Of a stretch of DNA of 64,000 nt, positions 44,852 to 60,151 are shown piece by piece. The notes beneath the pieces are model-generated. The model was not told the origin of the DNA. It saw nothing but the letters and a program-made list of their open reading frames with translations, and made no database searches. Each line of letters starts with the position of its first letter. Position 1 is the first letter of the stretch. Source of the DNA: Eledone cirrhosa (taxonomy: Eukaryota). The translations under genes and the position numbers were made by a program. Location: NCBI GenBank assembly GCA_964016885.1, contig OZ024750.1:45136001-45200000 (forward strand), written 5' to 3'.

Positions 44852-44925
44852 ATATATATGTATGTATGTATATATATATATATATAAATATATTTATATA
44901 TATATATATATATACATGTATGTAA

Positions 44926-45009
<84 letters not shown>

Positions 45010-45010
<1 letters not shown>

Positions 45011-45498
45011 GATAAATCTACCAAGAGTTTACGGTAGTGTCCAATCCGTATGAAGAACTCAATGTATTCCGGATATCATGGAAAGAAGAGATGCAATGAA
45101 AAATCACTTTCGGTGAAAGATAAACGGAATACAGAGTCAAGATAAAATATTAAAAAAATAATAATGAATAAAACAATGAAACAGTTCCTTATATTAAACA
45201 AAAAAAGTTCATTATTTAACGATCGTTTCTAGGATATATATGTGTTAGAATTGGCATGCATATTCAACAGATCTATGTACAAAATTATACAAAATTATAC
45301 AAACTATCAAGATTAAATATACATACCAAACACACATATATGCCGTCTTCAGAAATAATCATTTCTGAATAGTTGAATATGCATGCCAATTCTAACACAT
45401 ATATATCCTAGAAACGATCGTTAAATAATGAACTTTTTTTGTTTAATATAAGGAACTGTTTCATTGTTTTATTCATTATTATTTTTTTAATATTTTAT
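45010..45498 (-). mobile_element. Family A element: tail + hammerhead (45208-45360) + 127-bp inverted arm
   Basis: Arms 45142-45268/45372-45498; TCTTCAG at 45346-45352; (TA)n on both sides. Confidence 0.85.
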
Positions 45499-45571
45499 AT
45501 ATATATATATATATATGTATGTAAGAATATATATATATATGTATGTATATATATATATATATATAAGTATG

Positions 45572-45606
<35 letters not shown>

Positions 45607-45620
45607 ATATATATATAAAT

Positions 45621-45827
<207 letters not shown>

Positions 45828-45857
45828 TCCTCCGTTATATATATATATATATATATA

Positions 45858-45937
<80 letters not shown>

Positions 45938-45939
45938 TT

Positions 45940-45979
<40 letters not shown>

Positions 45980-45992
45980 TATATATATATAT

Positions 45993-46408
<416 letters not shown>

Positions 46409-46530
46409 TTTATTATACATTAAATATATATATATAGATATATAGAATTGGTGTTGGATGCTTAAAGCGTCCGTATGCAGTAGGCCGTATGAGCACTCGA
46501 TGCTCTCATAGAGCAAAGTATGATATCATT

Positions 46531-46722
46531 GAAAAATAAAGAGAATCTATGTTGCGACGAATGGAATTTTTTGGACATATTACAATCGTTTCTGTGGCGA
46601 CCAGCTCGAGACACGATCGATGTGATGATCGAACCTGACTCTGAAAAACGCGATTTTCAGAGTCACGATTGTAATATGTCCAATAAATTCCATTCGTCGC
46701 AACATTGATTCTCTTTTTTTCT
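46531..46722. mobile_element. Inverted-repeat element with hammerhead remnants
   Basis: Arms ~46531-46589/46666-46722; minus strand GAAA-CGATTG-TA; inner hairpin gactctgaaaa..ttttcagagtc. Confidence 0.55.
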
Positions 46723-46938
46723 GTCATATATATATACAAATGGAAGATTAGTAAAATCGAAGCTTTGGATGTGGCCATGCTAACAATATACAATTAGGAA
46801 TCTGCAGATAAGCACTCGATAAGGTTGTGTACCGTCAGAGTAATAACATAGCTTACATAGTTTGACAAATTCAAAACTGCGACAGATGAGCCTAGACACA
46901 CGATACCAAAGCAACAAAAAAACTAATCAGGTCAGATA

Positions 46939-47020
<82 letters not shown>

Positions 47021-47182
47021 CTATATAATATTAAGGTCTATCAAATAGAGAAAAAGTTTTAAAATAAATTTTTAAATGTTCGCTGTACTTACTATATGTG
47101 ACTTTACTACATTGGCATACGGTTGGATAATACTTGTATCCCTATATGTATTTTTTTCACGTAGGAACACCTACTTTATTAT

Positions 47183-47232
<50 letters not shown>

Positions 47233-47236
<4 letters not shown>

Positions 47237-47626
47237 AAATTCTAGTTTACTTGAAGCATTGCGTAGTGAGGTATAAACGTTTGGAGTTAGAAGGCCAGAA
47301 CAATGTAGATATGGATATAGAATATGAATAAAATGCAACAGATATCGCTGACAATTAGTCTTTTAGCTTAAATTTATTTGAATCTCCTTAAGTTTCGAGA
47401 TATCTCTTCTTCAGAGGGAACTATAGGGGTTAAGCCAGTTTTCTAATTATCTTGCCAAGGCATGTCCTGTCAGCATGACTTGGCATGCTAATTAGAACGC
47501 TGGATTAACCCCTTTACTTCCCTATGAAGAAGACATATTATCTCGAAACTTAAGGATATTCAAATACATTTAAGTTAAAAGACTAATTGTCAGCGATATC
47601 TTTTGCGTTTGTATTCATATTCTATA
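47233..47626. mobile_element. Palindromic element with two inverted hammerheads (47386-47417 on -, 47521-47555 on +)
   Basis: ~150-bp imperfect arms 47314-47465/47473-47626; CCT-CTGAAGA-AGAGATATCTC-GAAA-CT-TA-AGG; the + copy has ATGAAGA. Confidence 0.75.
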
Positions 47627-47642
47627 TATATATATATATATA

Positions 47643-47927
47643 TATACAAATAAAGATTCAGCGAGAATCGCATTTTCGGCGGGCAGGAAAAGCGAAGCGA
47701 AACATAAAAATCAGAAATGATACTGGCAAAGTGGTCTCTAGTTAAAAACCAGAGCTAAACAATGTGTTAAGAAGCCATACAAAACTGAAAAGTTGGTCAA
47801 GAAGGCATTAACCACCCAAACCAAAAACCAAATCAAACTAAACAGGTCAAAACAAAATAAATGATAAAAAAATAAGTGATAACCAGACCTGGACTCCCGG
47901 AATTGCTGTTAAAATCCGATGTAGAGT

Positions 47928-47930
<3 letters not shown>
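47643..47930 (-). mobile_element. Family C element (uninterrupted)
   Basis: Reverse complement of 9410-9740 without the SINE. Confidence 0.8.
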
Positions 47931-48000
<70 letters not shown>

Positions 48001-48003
<3 letters not shown>

Positions 48004-48786
48004 GAGAGGTATAGAGATTGTTTTAGCAAGAAGCTAACGGCATTCTATAACATATATGCGACTATAACGTCAAGATGGGAAAAGTAGTTAACGAAAGATT
48101 TAGGAAAAATAACTCAAACTCATCTCAAAAGAGAATCAGGATATAAATTCATCCACAGAATTTAGTAAAATCCAGGGAAAAATCTATAGACCTTTAACTC
48201 ATGATAAAATAAAGTTTGAAACACTTATCCTTCAATTTGGAATAACATCTAATGCTCTGTATAGTCTTAAAAGACTATTTCATGAAAACTTTCAGTGGAG
48301 ATGGTCACGGTTGGATTTTATTCATCAGCAGAGCTCAACAGAAACCAGGGCTCTCACAGTAATATAATCCGAAAAAGGGAGTTCTAAAACTGGCTAGTTC
48401 GCCCTCATGTATATTTATGAAAAAGCACATGAGGAAAAAACGGGGCTAGTGACGTCAGGATGGAAGTGAATGTTTATTTACAAGAAATAGCAGTCAAATA
48501 CATTCTGAAAAAAACTCTACAAAGGAGTTCAGCAAAATAGCAATAATTATCACAGTTTTTATGAAAAAAACCGGGATTAGTCACAGATAGTTTAAGCACT
48601 CTAGGAAAAGAATCCGAGTATAAATATAAATGAGAGGTATAGAGATTGTTATAGCAAGAAGCTAACGGCATTATATAACATATATGCGATTATAACGTCA
48701 AGATGGGAAAAGTAGTTAACGAAAGATTTAGGAAAAATAGCTCAAACTCATCTCAAAAGAGAATCAGGATATAAATTCATCCGCAG

Positions 48787-48790
<4 letters not shown>
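48001..48790. repeat. TA-bounded segment with ~160-bp terminal direct repeats (period 628)
   Basis: aatgagaggtatagagattg...cagaatt at 48001 and 48629. Confidence 0.85.
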
Positions 48791-48873
<83 letters not shown>

Positions 48874-48894
48874 TAAAAGTTTAAATTGTGAGCA

Positions 48895-48935
48895 AATAAT
48901 CGCTGTTTTCACTCTTAACGGGATCTTCTGTTATT
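48895..48935 (-). ncRNA. Degenerate hammerhead motif
   Basis: AATAA-CAGAAGA-TCCCGTTAAGAGT-GAAA-ACAGCGA-TTATT. Confidence 0.4.
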
Positions 48936-49039
48936 TTAATAAATATTTGGTCTATGGTTTTCATATATTTGATATATATATATATCATTCTTTTCGAGCC
49001 CTCTTCGGATTTTAGTCTTCATGTTTATTATTATTATTG

Positions 49040-49103
<64 letters not shown>

Positions 49104-49131
49104 TAAAATAACAGATTAAAGTTTAAGCATA

Positions 49132-49164
<33 letters not shown>

Positions 49165-49172
<8 letters not shown>

Positions 49173-49601
49173 ATACTTTGGGAGGGTCATGTTGCCAATA
49201 AGAAACACACGCACCAGTTGCTTTCACTTAAATTTATTATATATTTATAAATTTATAAATTTACAAATCTACAAACTTATAAATTTCTGGTTGGTTGGTT
49301 GGTTCCACAACCAGATAGTTGTTTATATATAGTCATAGTCCTTTCGTCACACACTCTGTGACCTCTTCAGTGACTATGACTATATATAAACAACTATCTG
49401 GTTGTGGAACCAACCAACCAACCAGAAATTTATAAGTTTGTAGATTTGTAAATTTATAAATTTATAAATATATAATAAATTGAAGTGAAAGCAACTGGTG
49501 CGTGTGTTTCTTATTGGCAAAATGACCCTCCCAAAGTATAACAATATTGGTTTCAACACACGATTTCAGATAAAGAATCTTGCTAAACAAATTCAGAAAC
49601 G

Positions 49602-49605
<4 letters not shown>
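49165..49605. mobile_element. Family K palindrome (~176-bp arms) with a hammerhead core as the spacer (49341-49371)
   Basis: Arms 49165-49340/49372-49547; minus-strand spacer CTGAAGA-GGTCAC AGAGTGT GTGAC-GAAA; tail 49548-49605. Confidence 0.85.
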
Positions 49606-49663
<58 letters not shown>

Positions 49664-49812
49664 ATAATAATAATTGTTTCTAGGTTAGGCACAAGGCCAG
49701 CAATTACCCAGTGCATTATATCGGTTAATTTAATTTATTCGGTCCTCAATGTTACCATTGACTGAACAACGGTCAAAAATACAGATACAATATAGACACA
49801 TATATATAGTCT

Positions 49813-49897
<85 letters not shown>

Positions 49898-49908
49898 ATA
49901 TATAGTCT

Positions 49909-49987
<79 letters not shown>

Positions 49988-50299
49988 CCTCGATGTAAAT
50001 TGAGCACAGTGACCGAGAACAAATACCAAACCATTTTAATCCAACGCTTTCCACATTGTTCTACCGTATTCTTGTTCAAAATGAAGTCGTTGAATGTTCA
50101 GCCGATGAAATTGACATTCATTTAGTTGCGAGACATTGTAAATATGGAAGGTGTCCATCAGCAGCGCTGTTCAAATATATCGAGTTACTATACACAGTAT
50201 TTACTTTTGTGTTTTAATATGCTGAACACGACCACCACAATGTAATTGTTAACATCCCTGCCATATACTGTACCGATTGTGTTGTTATTTCTGTTTACT

Positions 50300-50331
<32 letters not shown>

Positions 50332-50341
50332 CATACATACA

Positions 50342-50373
<32 letters not shown>

Positions 50374-50425
50374 CATGTCGATCCAATTTGGATTGCCTCG
50401 GAAACATGACCTTATTATGTAACAG

Positions 50426-50499
50426 GCTGTCTGATGATGATACAACACTCGCACACAGAACAGTGTGGCCAGTGTCGTCACTGAAATATATATCACAGC
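50426..50499 (+). ncRNA. Type I hammerhead ribozyme
   Basis: GCTGT-CTGATGA-(ACACT/AGTGT, CACAC/GTGTG stem II)-GAAA-TATATA-TC-ACAGC; perfect stem I; AUC triplet. Confidence 0.8.
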
Positions 50500-50676
50500 A
50501 TTATTATTAAAGGACTTGAACATCTGAAACTACTTCGCTTTTCCTTATTCGATATTTACTCCGTCACTCCTATGTGGAAAAAGTAATTTGAGTGCTTGAA
50601 TTGAATTGCATCAATGTTTACCCTAATAACATATATATATATATATATATATAGTAATAATAATAAATTTATATAT

Positions 50677-50815
50677 AATAAAGGAAGTGTGGTAAGGAAC
50701 CAGATGGACCATAACGCACCAGAGTACTCAATACTTAGGGTTGTAGAGTGGGAAATAGGAAGAAGTATGACCCCAACGGCAGAGCTGAAGCCGTTTAGAC
50801 GGCTATTTCTGGACT
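50677..50815 (-). mobile_element. Family B element
   Basis: Sequence match to the other copies. Confidence 0.8.
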
Positions 50816-50895
50816 AAAGTAGAATATTTAGCCTGATGAATAAATAGCCGAACTTGTCAAGGGGGTACTTCCTTATATATATATATATATATAAA

Positions 50896-51171
50896 GATAA
50901 ATCTACCAAAATATACGGAAGTGTCCAATACGTATGAAGAACTCAATGTAATTCAAATATCAGGAAGAGAGAAGATGTATTCAACATTTTTCTGAAGACA
51001 GCATATATATGTGTAGGTATGTATATTCCCTCTGATAATTTGTAAACATTTTACATAGATCTATATGATATACATACCAACACACACATATATATCCTAG
51101 AAACGATCGTACAATGATGAATTTTTTAATATAAGGAACTGTTTCTTTGTTTTTATTCATTATTTTTATTA

Positions 51172-51176
<5 letters not shown>
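50896..51176 (+). mobile_element. Family A element with a hammerhead (50980-51121)
   Basis: CTGAAGA 50992-50998...GAAA-CGATCG-TA; tail segment shared with 45010-45090. Confidence 0.75.
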
Positions 51177-51207
<31 letters not shown>

Positions 51208-51219
51208 CTCTCTTTCTGT

Positions 51220-51254
<35 letters not shown>

Positions 51255-51261
<7 letters not shown>

Positions 51262-51627
51262 CGTAGTTTAGAAAGCCACAACAATGCAGAGGGAAATGTC
51301 GAGGTAGGAAGTGAATGATAGATAGGAGAAATAGGATAAAGTGAAAATTGAGAGAGACAAAGATGAAAACAAAACAAAGGTAGAAGGGTTACCGTAGTGG
51401 AGATTTAATCCCAATATTTCGGGCTCACGCCCATCAACGGGGGAAAGTTCCAAAAGGGGGGGGGGGGGGGCAGGCTAAGCGGAGAAAGTTGTGATGTCGT
51501 TAAAACAGGAATGCCGTTATAACGGCATTCCTGTTTTTCACTTTATCCTATTTCTCCTATCTATCATTCACTTCCTACCTCGAGATTTCCTTCTGCATTG
51601 TTGTGGCTTTCTAAACTACGTATTTTA
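51255..51627 (-). mobile_element. Inverted-repeat element with a degenerate hammerhead (51409-51444)
   Basis: Arms 51255-51347/51535-51627; TCCC-CCGTTGA-TGGGC GTGA GCCC-GAAA-TA-TT-GGGA; perfect 36-bp palindrome at 51502-51537. Confidence 0.7.
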
Positions 51628-52374
51628 CACATTTCACAATGCTTCAAGCAAACTTTAACACCCTCATATATATATATATATTATATGTGTGTGTGGGTGG
51701 GGGTCCTCTCTCTCTCTATGTTTATATTTGCACATATGCACTGCCAACAACTCGAAATCAATACTTATCTCACACAATGGACGTTATCTACCACAAAGGA
51801 CATACTGCCATTTTTAAAACATATACTTATCTTTTCCCATCGTCTACATCTCATTTATACATATATTTACGCGAATTTCACCTAAATATGGTTTGTTGCG
51901 TATTTGTCAAAAACCTTTGTGTAATGATTGCTTTTTCAGAACACACATTAATATTCATTGACAATAATCAAACCTGTATCATTTGCTTTCCTATTGTGGA
52001 CATATTTATTGAACGTTATGATGGTGACAGGTTTTTATTAATGGCAAAGATTGTTTTGCGAATATCTTATACTGATTGTTTATAAGTCACGGTTAGCTAT
52101 GCAGTCTCATGTATATTTGTGTGTCCACACCTTTGATGATTTAACCATCATTGCCTGTACATTCCTCTATACACGTACACACGATTATGTGTCTAACTCT
52201 TCCCTCTCTCGCTCTCTCCCTCTCCCCCTCTCTCTCTCTGTCCCTCTCTCTCTCTCTTTCATCTTTATATACATATACTACATATATATATATATATATA
52301 TATGATGTAATGTACATCTATTTATATTTATGTATATGTATATGTATTTATGTATAAATATATATATATATATA

Positions 52375-52455
<81 letters not shown>

Positions 52456-53544
52456 TATATATATATACGTTTAATCAATGTATAGCTACATAATGATACC
52501 AAAGAAAGCTGTCCTTTTTTAAACGAAAGTCAACTGTAGAACATAACATTATCTACTGCTCCACAATAAGGTGAAAATAGGCTACACATTACGACCATTT
52601 ACTGATACACAAAAACATAGGGCAGTATGTCTTCATAGCCACACTGTTATCATATACAACACCGCTAACATCAACACCACTACCGCCAACAACAACAACA
52701 ACACCTCTTCCACGACCACCACCGCCACCGCCCACAACAACACCTTTTCTACGACGACGACGGCAACGACCACAACCACTACCACCACTTCCCCCACCAC
52801 TATCACCATCACTTCTACCACCACCACGAAACCACCACCACCACCATATATATAGAGAGCTATAAGTGTACATGGCTGCATATTAATTAACCCATTCATG
52901 CATACACACATATTTAAAAGCTGCGATTTATCTACCTAATTTAAGACAGTAAAATTTGTCATGGTTTCCTGCTTTAATGGTACAAAGTACTTACCGGTAT
53001 CTTGGAGATAATCGGTTAGATTCCTCCTAGCGGCCGATGTATTGGGTTCCTTACTGTAGTTACTCCCGAAGAACACGGGACTCACGCAGAAAGATACACG
53101 CACATACACACACACATATATAAAAATATATACACGTATATGTATCAACTAGAAATAGATTGACATATATATATATATATATATAAAATAAACATATGGA
53201 ACAATCACAGAGAATATTTTATAAAGGATGTAAGTACACATGATATGAAATGCTCGGATCTATTCATTGGAATCTTTGAGCTTATTCTGCAGTGGATATG
53301 GAGCATGTCTCTCAGACATGACAACCCTTAATTAAATTTAATTTTGGATATATACGTATATGTATATATATATATATATATATGCGTGTACTATACAAAA
53401 CAAAGCCTAGAAAGGTGGATAAAATGCCCCTATATATCGCAAAATGTGGCCATGTACCGTTACATGGAATCGGACTCCATATTTATCAAATTCCGGGTTA
53501 GCAATCTTAAGCATTGAGCAAGACTGTCATTGATATACATACGC

Positions 53545-53614
<70 letters not shown>

Positions 53615-53719
53615 GTATCTATATATATGTATGTATATCTGGATGTCTTCATATATACACCTCTAATATATCTACGTATGTGTCTGCCTGATCCTTTTCT
53701 CTTTTGCTATCGCTTTCTC

Positions 53720-55798
<2,079 letters not shown>

Positions 55799-55811
55799 TA
55801 TATATATATAT

Positions 55812-55931
<120 letters not shown>

Positions 55932-56289
55932 GTATGTATGGATATATATGAAAGCGATCATGTTATTGTGTGTACGATAGTGGGAGTTACCTCTTTTGTG
56001 TTTCTCATTATCGTCTATATTGTGTTATGAAGAGGTTCATTTGCATAAAAGATGTCATTACAAATTACATTAATTCGGAGATAATCTATTCACAACAGAA
56101 ATGACCCGGACATCTTTTCGGAGAGCGACCTTTGTATCCTTCACCGTTCTAGTTATTATAAACATACATATATGTCTCTCTCATATACAATTCCTCTGTA
56201 TGTATATATATATATACATATACATTGATATATATATATAAATATTTATATATATATATATATAATATTTATATATATACATGTATATT

Positions 56290-56412
56290 TATTGTTATAC
56301 TTTGGGAGGGTCATGTTGCCAATAAGAAACACACGCACCAAAGTATAACAATATCGGTTTCAACACACGATTTCAGATAAAGAATCTTGCTAAACAAATT
56401 CAGAAACGAAAC
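56290..56412. mobile_element. Family K copy with the palindrome centre deleted
   Basis: Start of the 49165 left arm joined at 'cca' to the end of the right arm plus tail. Confidence 0.8.
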
Positions 56413-56418
56413 ATGTAT

Positions 56419-56454
<36 letters not shown>

Positions 56455-56464
56455 ATATATATAC

Positions 56465-56540
<76 letters not shown>

Positions 56541-56586
56541 GTATATATAAATATACATATATATATACATATGTACACATATATGT

Positions 56587-56669
<83 letters not shown>

Positions 56670-56761
56670 CAAAAGGGATATTCAATTTGTTGGTAATTCA
56701 ACAAATATAAATGTTTATAACTGATTCAGAGCACTTGACAGATTTTCTGGAGTATAAGATT

Positions 56762-57106
56762 CAATGATATTTAATATATGGAAACTATATCTATAAAACC
56801 ATATTTTTTCTATTACATATATTTCAAGAGTACCAATACTTTGGTACGCTTTCATCAGATGAAATACAAAGTGTGTTTTATATATTTTGACATCATCAAG
56901 AAAAAGATACCTTAACGGTTCAAGTTTTTCTTTTTTATTCCAAGTAAAACTTGAACCGTTAAGGTATCTTTTCTTGATTATGTCAACACTTATAAAACAA
57001 AGTTTGTATTTTATTTGATGAATGCGTACCAAAATTTTGGTACCCTTGAAATATATATAATAGAATAAATATGGTTTTATAAATATAGTTTCCGTTTATT
57101 TAATAT

Positions 57107-57111
<5 letters not shown>
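56762..57111. mobile_element. Family G palindrome with two inverted hammerheads (56806-56866 on -, 57007-57067 on +)
   Basis: Arms ~56762-56927/56946-57111; CTGATGA/TTGATGA-..GTACCAAA..TTGGTAC..-GAAA-TATAT(A/G)-TA-ATAGAA. Confidence 0.82.
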
Positions 57112-57140
<29 letters not shown>

Positions 57141-57144
<4 letters not shown>

Positions 57145-57337
57145 GAAAAAGTATGACCCCGACAACAACTTTAAGATGGTTTTAATATTCACAACAATCG
57201 CAATACTGATACCACCATTTGCCATATTAAATCATGCCGTCGGGTCATACTTTTTCCTTTTTCCCACTCTACTACCCTAAGTTTTGAGTACTCTGCTGCG
57301 TTATGGTCCATCTGGTTCCTTACCACAATTCCTTTGT

Positions 57338-57431
<94 letters not shown>

Positions 57432-57546
57432 CGAGTAGGACCCCGACGGCTGGGCTCAAGCCGTTTCGATGGCTAATTCTGGACTAAAAAGAGAGGGTAC
57501 TTTGGTGCGTTATGGTCCACCTGGTTCCTTACCACATTTCCTTCGT

Positions 57547-57548
<2 letters not shown>
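57141..57548. mobile_element. Two family B elements (57141-57340; 57430-57548)
   Basis: Family B arms and tails in inverted arrangement. Confidence 0.8.
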
Positions 57549-57586
<38 letters not shown>

Positions 57587-57730
57587 AATATACATATATA
57601 TAATATAAATATATATATATATATATATATAGTGGTGGAACACTGGAAGGTAATATCCGTAGTTGTAGAGCACTCAGTCCCAGGGACGAGTTAGATAGAA
57701 GTGGTTACACAACGGTTATTTCACCATACC

Positions 57731-57762
57731 GAGAACAATTGTTTCACCTTCGCGGATCTTCA

Positions 57763-57764
<2 letters not shown>
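57731..57764 (-). ncRNA. Hammerhead core of family F (5' stem I arm lost into the TA tract)
   Basis: CTGAAGA-TCC GCGAA GGT-GAAA-CAATTG-TT; helix III palindrome AACAATTGTT. Confidence 0.6.
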
Positions 57765-57829
<65 letters not shown>

Positions 57830-57999
57830 TGTATATAGAAACATTATTTTACGGTTTTCTTTGTAAATACACCTCAATGAATTATTGAGTTTCTCAACTA
57901 CTGGACAACTTGAAGATGGTTTTAATATTCACAACTATCTCAATACAGATACAACTATTTGCCATATTAAATCCTGCACCACCTCAACCCACAACACCA

Positions 58000-58003
58000 C
58001 TAT

Positions 58004-58049
<46 letters not shown>

Positions 58050-58051
58050 GG

Positions 58052-58094
<43 letters not shown>

Positions 58095-58168
58095 GCTACT
58101 ACTACTACTACTACTACTACTACTAGTACTACTAGTAGTACTACTAGTAGTAGTAGTAGTAGTAGTAG
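58000..58168. repeat. (CTA)n switching to (TAG)n microsatellite
   Basis: Direct inspection. Confidence 0.9.
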
Positions 58169-58174
58169 AGGTTG

Positions 58175-58640
58175 TAATAATTGTTTTTACTTTTGGCACA
58201 AGGGTACCAATTACCCAGTACATTACGGGTACTTTATTTTATCGACCCCTTAAGGATGAAAGACAAAGTTAAATTCGGCGGGATTTGAACTCAGACCGTA
58301 AAGGGACGTAACTATGATAGACATCATGGCGTCCAACCGTCTACCGATACTGTGTAATAATTGTTTCTACTTTAGGCACAAGGCCAGCAAATACCCAGTG
58401 CATTACTGGTACTTTATTTTATCGACCCCGTAAGGATGAAAGGCAAAGTGAACCTCAGCGGGATTTGAACTCAAATCGTAAAGGGAGGTAACTCTGCTGG
58501 AATAATGCTTTCTGATTTAGGTACAAGGTTAATAATTTAATGAAAGGGAAAGTCGATTAAATCGAGCATAGTGCGTTACTGGTACTGTATGTTATCGACC
58601 TCGGAAGATCACTATGGAAGGTTGAACTTGACGGGAGTTG
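58175..58640 (-). mobile_element. Three head-to-tail family 1 SINEs
   Basis: Sequence match. Confidence 0.8.
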
Positions 58641-58885
58641 ATTTATGTAGAGTAACAAAATGCAACAAGCCCAAACCTTAGATACAACATCTGCTGAACA
58701 TCGTCAGAAGTCAAACCAGAACATAACCCAATGTAGGAATATTAAGGAACTCCCGGAAGGATAAAAGAAAAGAAATTCCAAACACAGATATTATGACCAC
58801 TATATTAAAAGTTTTGAAAGTTTATATATTCATTTATAAAACACATCAGGGAAATAGCTAAAAGACCCCGAAAAACTGGGCATCG

Positions 58886-59685
58886 CTGATTTAAACCGGC
58901 TGTATCTGGCCACAATTATTTCCCCTTGTTCAAACTGGCTCTAAACAGCTGAACACAACGACGTTAAGATATCGTTTTTAAAATTAACAATAGCATCGCC
59001 AAAATCTCGTTGTCGTGAGATTATGGGCGGTAAATCTTTATCATCAATATACAATAGGAAATATATATCACGAATATTCAATAGAAAATATATACCACGA
59101 ATATACAATAGAAAATATATACCACGAATATACAATAGGAAATATATACCACGAATATACAATAGAAAATATATACCACAAATATACAATAGGAAATATA
59201 TTCCACGAACATACAATAGGAAATATATACCACGAATTTACAATAGAAAATATATACCACGAATATACAATAGAAAATATATACCACGAATATACAATAG
59301 AAAATATATACCACGAATATACAATAGAATATATATACCACGAATATACAATAGAAAATATATACCACGAATATACAATAGAAAATATATACCACGAATA
59401 TACAATAGGAAATATATACCACGAATATACAATAGAAAATATATACCACGAATATACAATAGAAAATATATACCACGAATATACAATAGGAAATATATAC
59501 CACGAATATACAATAGAACATATATACCACGAATATACAATAGAACATATATACCACGAATATACAATAGGAAATATATACCACGAATATACAATAGGAA
59601 ATATATACCACGAATATACAATAGGAAATATATACCACGAATATACAATAGGAAGTATAGAGTAACGTAAATACTAAAGGGTTAC
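58886..59685 (-). mobile_element. piggyBac-type MITE containing a 27-bp minisatellite
   Basis: Ends match the reverse complement of 39973-40203. Confidence 0.7.
59046..59652. repeat. 27-bp minisatellite, ~22 copies (aatatacaatagaaaatatataccacg)
   Basis: Direct inspection; 9-aa periodic ORFs. Confidence 0.95.
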
Positions 59686-59855
59686 AGAATGATGATCCGA
59701 ATATCTAGGTAGCGTAGTGTGTGTGTATGTGTGTATGTGTGTGTGTATTTGTGTATGTGTGTGTGTGCGTGTATGTGTGTGTGTGTGTCTATCTATATGC
59801 ATACATATGTGTGAGAGTGTGTAAGTGTCATGTTTTCCTTATCTTAGTGGGGTGG

Positions 59856-60075
59856 GGCGGTGTATTGGCAGTATCGGTAGAGGGTCGGACACCATGCTTT
59901 GCAGCATAGAGTTACAGCCCATTATGATCTGAGTTCAAACGCCGCTGAGGTTAACTTTGCCTTTTATCTTTGCGGGGTCGATAAAATAAAATACTAATCA
60001 CGCACTGGTGTCGATTTAATTGACGTTTCCCGCCCCCAAAATTGCTGGCCTTGTGCCTATATAAGAAACCATTAT
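59856..60075 (+). mobile_element. Family 1 SINE (long variant, full length)
   Basis: A-box, B-box, body and (att)n tail. Confidence 0.85.
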
Positions 60076-60151
60076 TACTAGGTTAGTGAGAAGAAGAAGG
60101 AGGGCGAAGCAACTTGAAAAAAAAAGGAAAACGTTATCGTTAGTTTGTTAG

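Noticed and set aside
48280-48345. CTGATGA on the minus strand as a hammerhead
   Set aside because: No stem I or II pairing; context resembles a degenerate SINE-type 3' region also seen at ~21800-21980 and 28070-28255.
59015-59670. 9-aa repeat ORFs and CRISPR-like periodicity
   Set aside because: Pure 27-bp minisatellite with no unique spacers and no cas genes; eukaryotic context.
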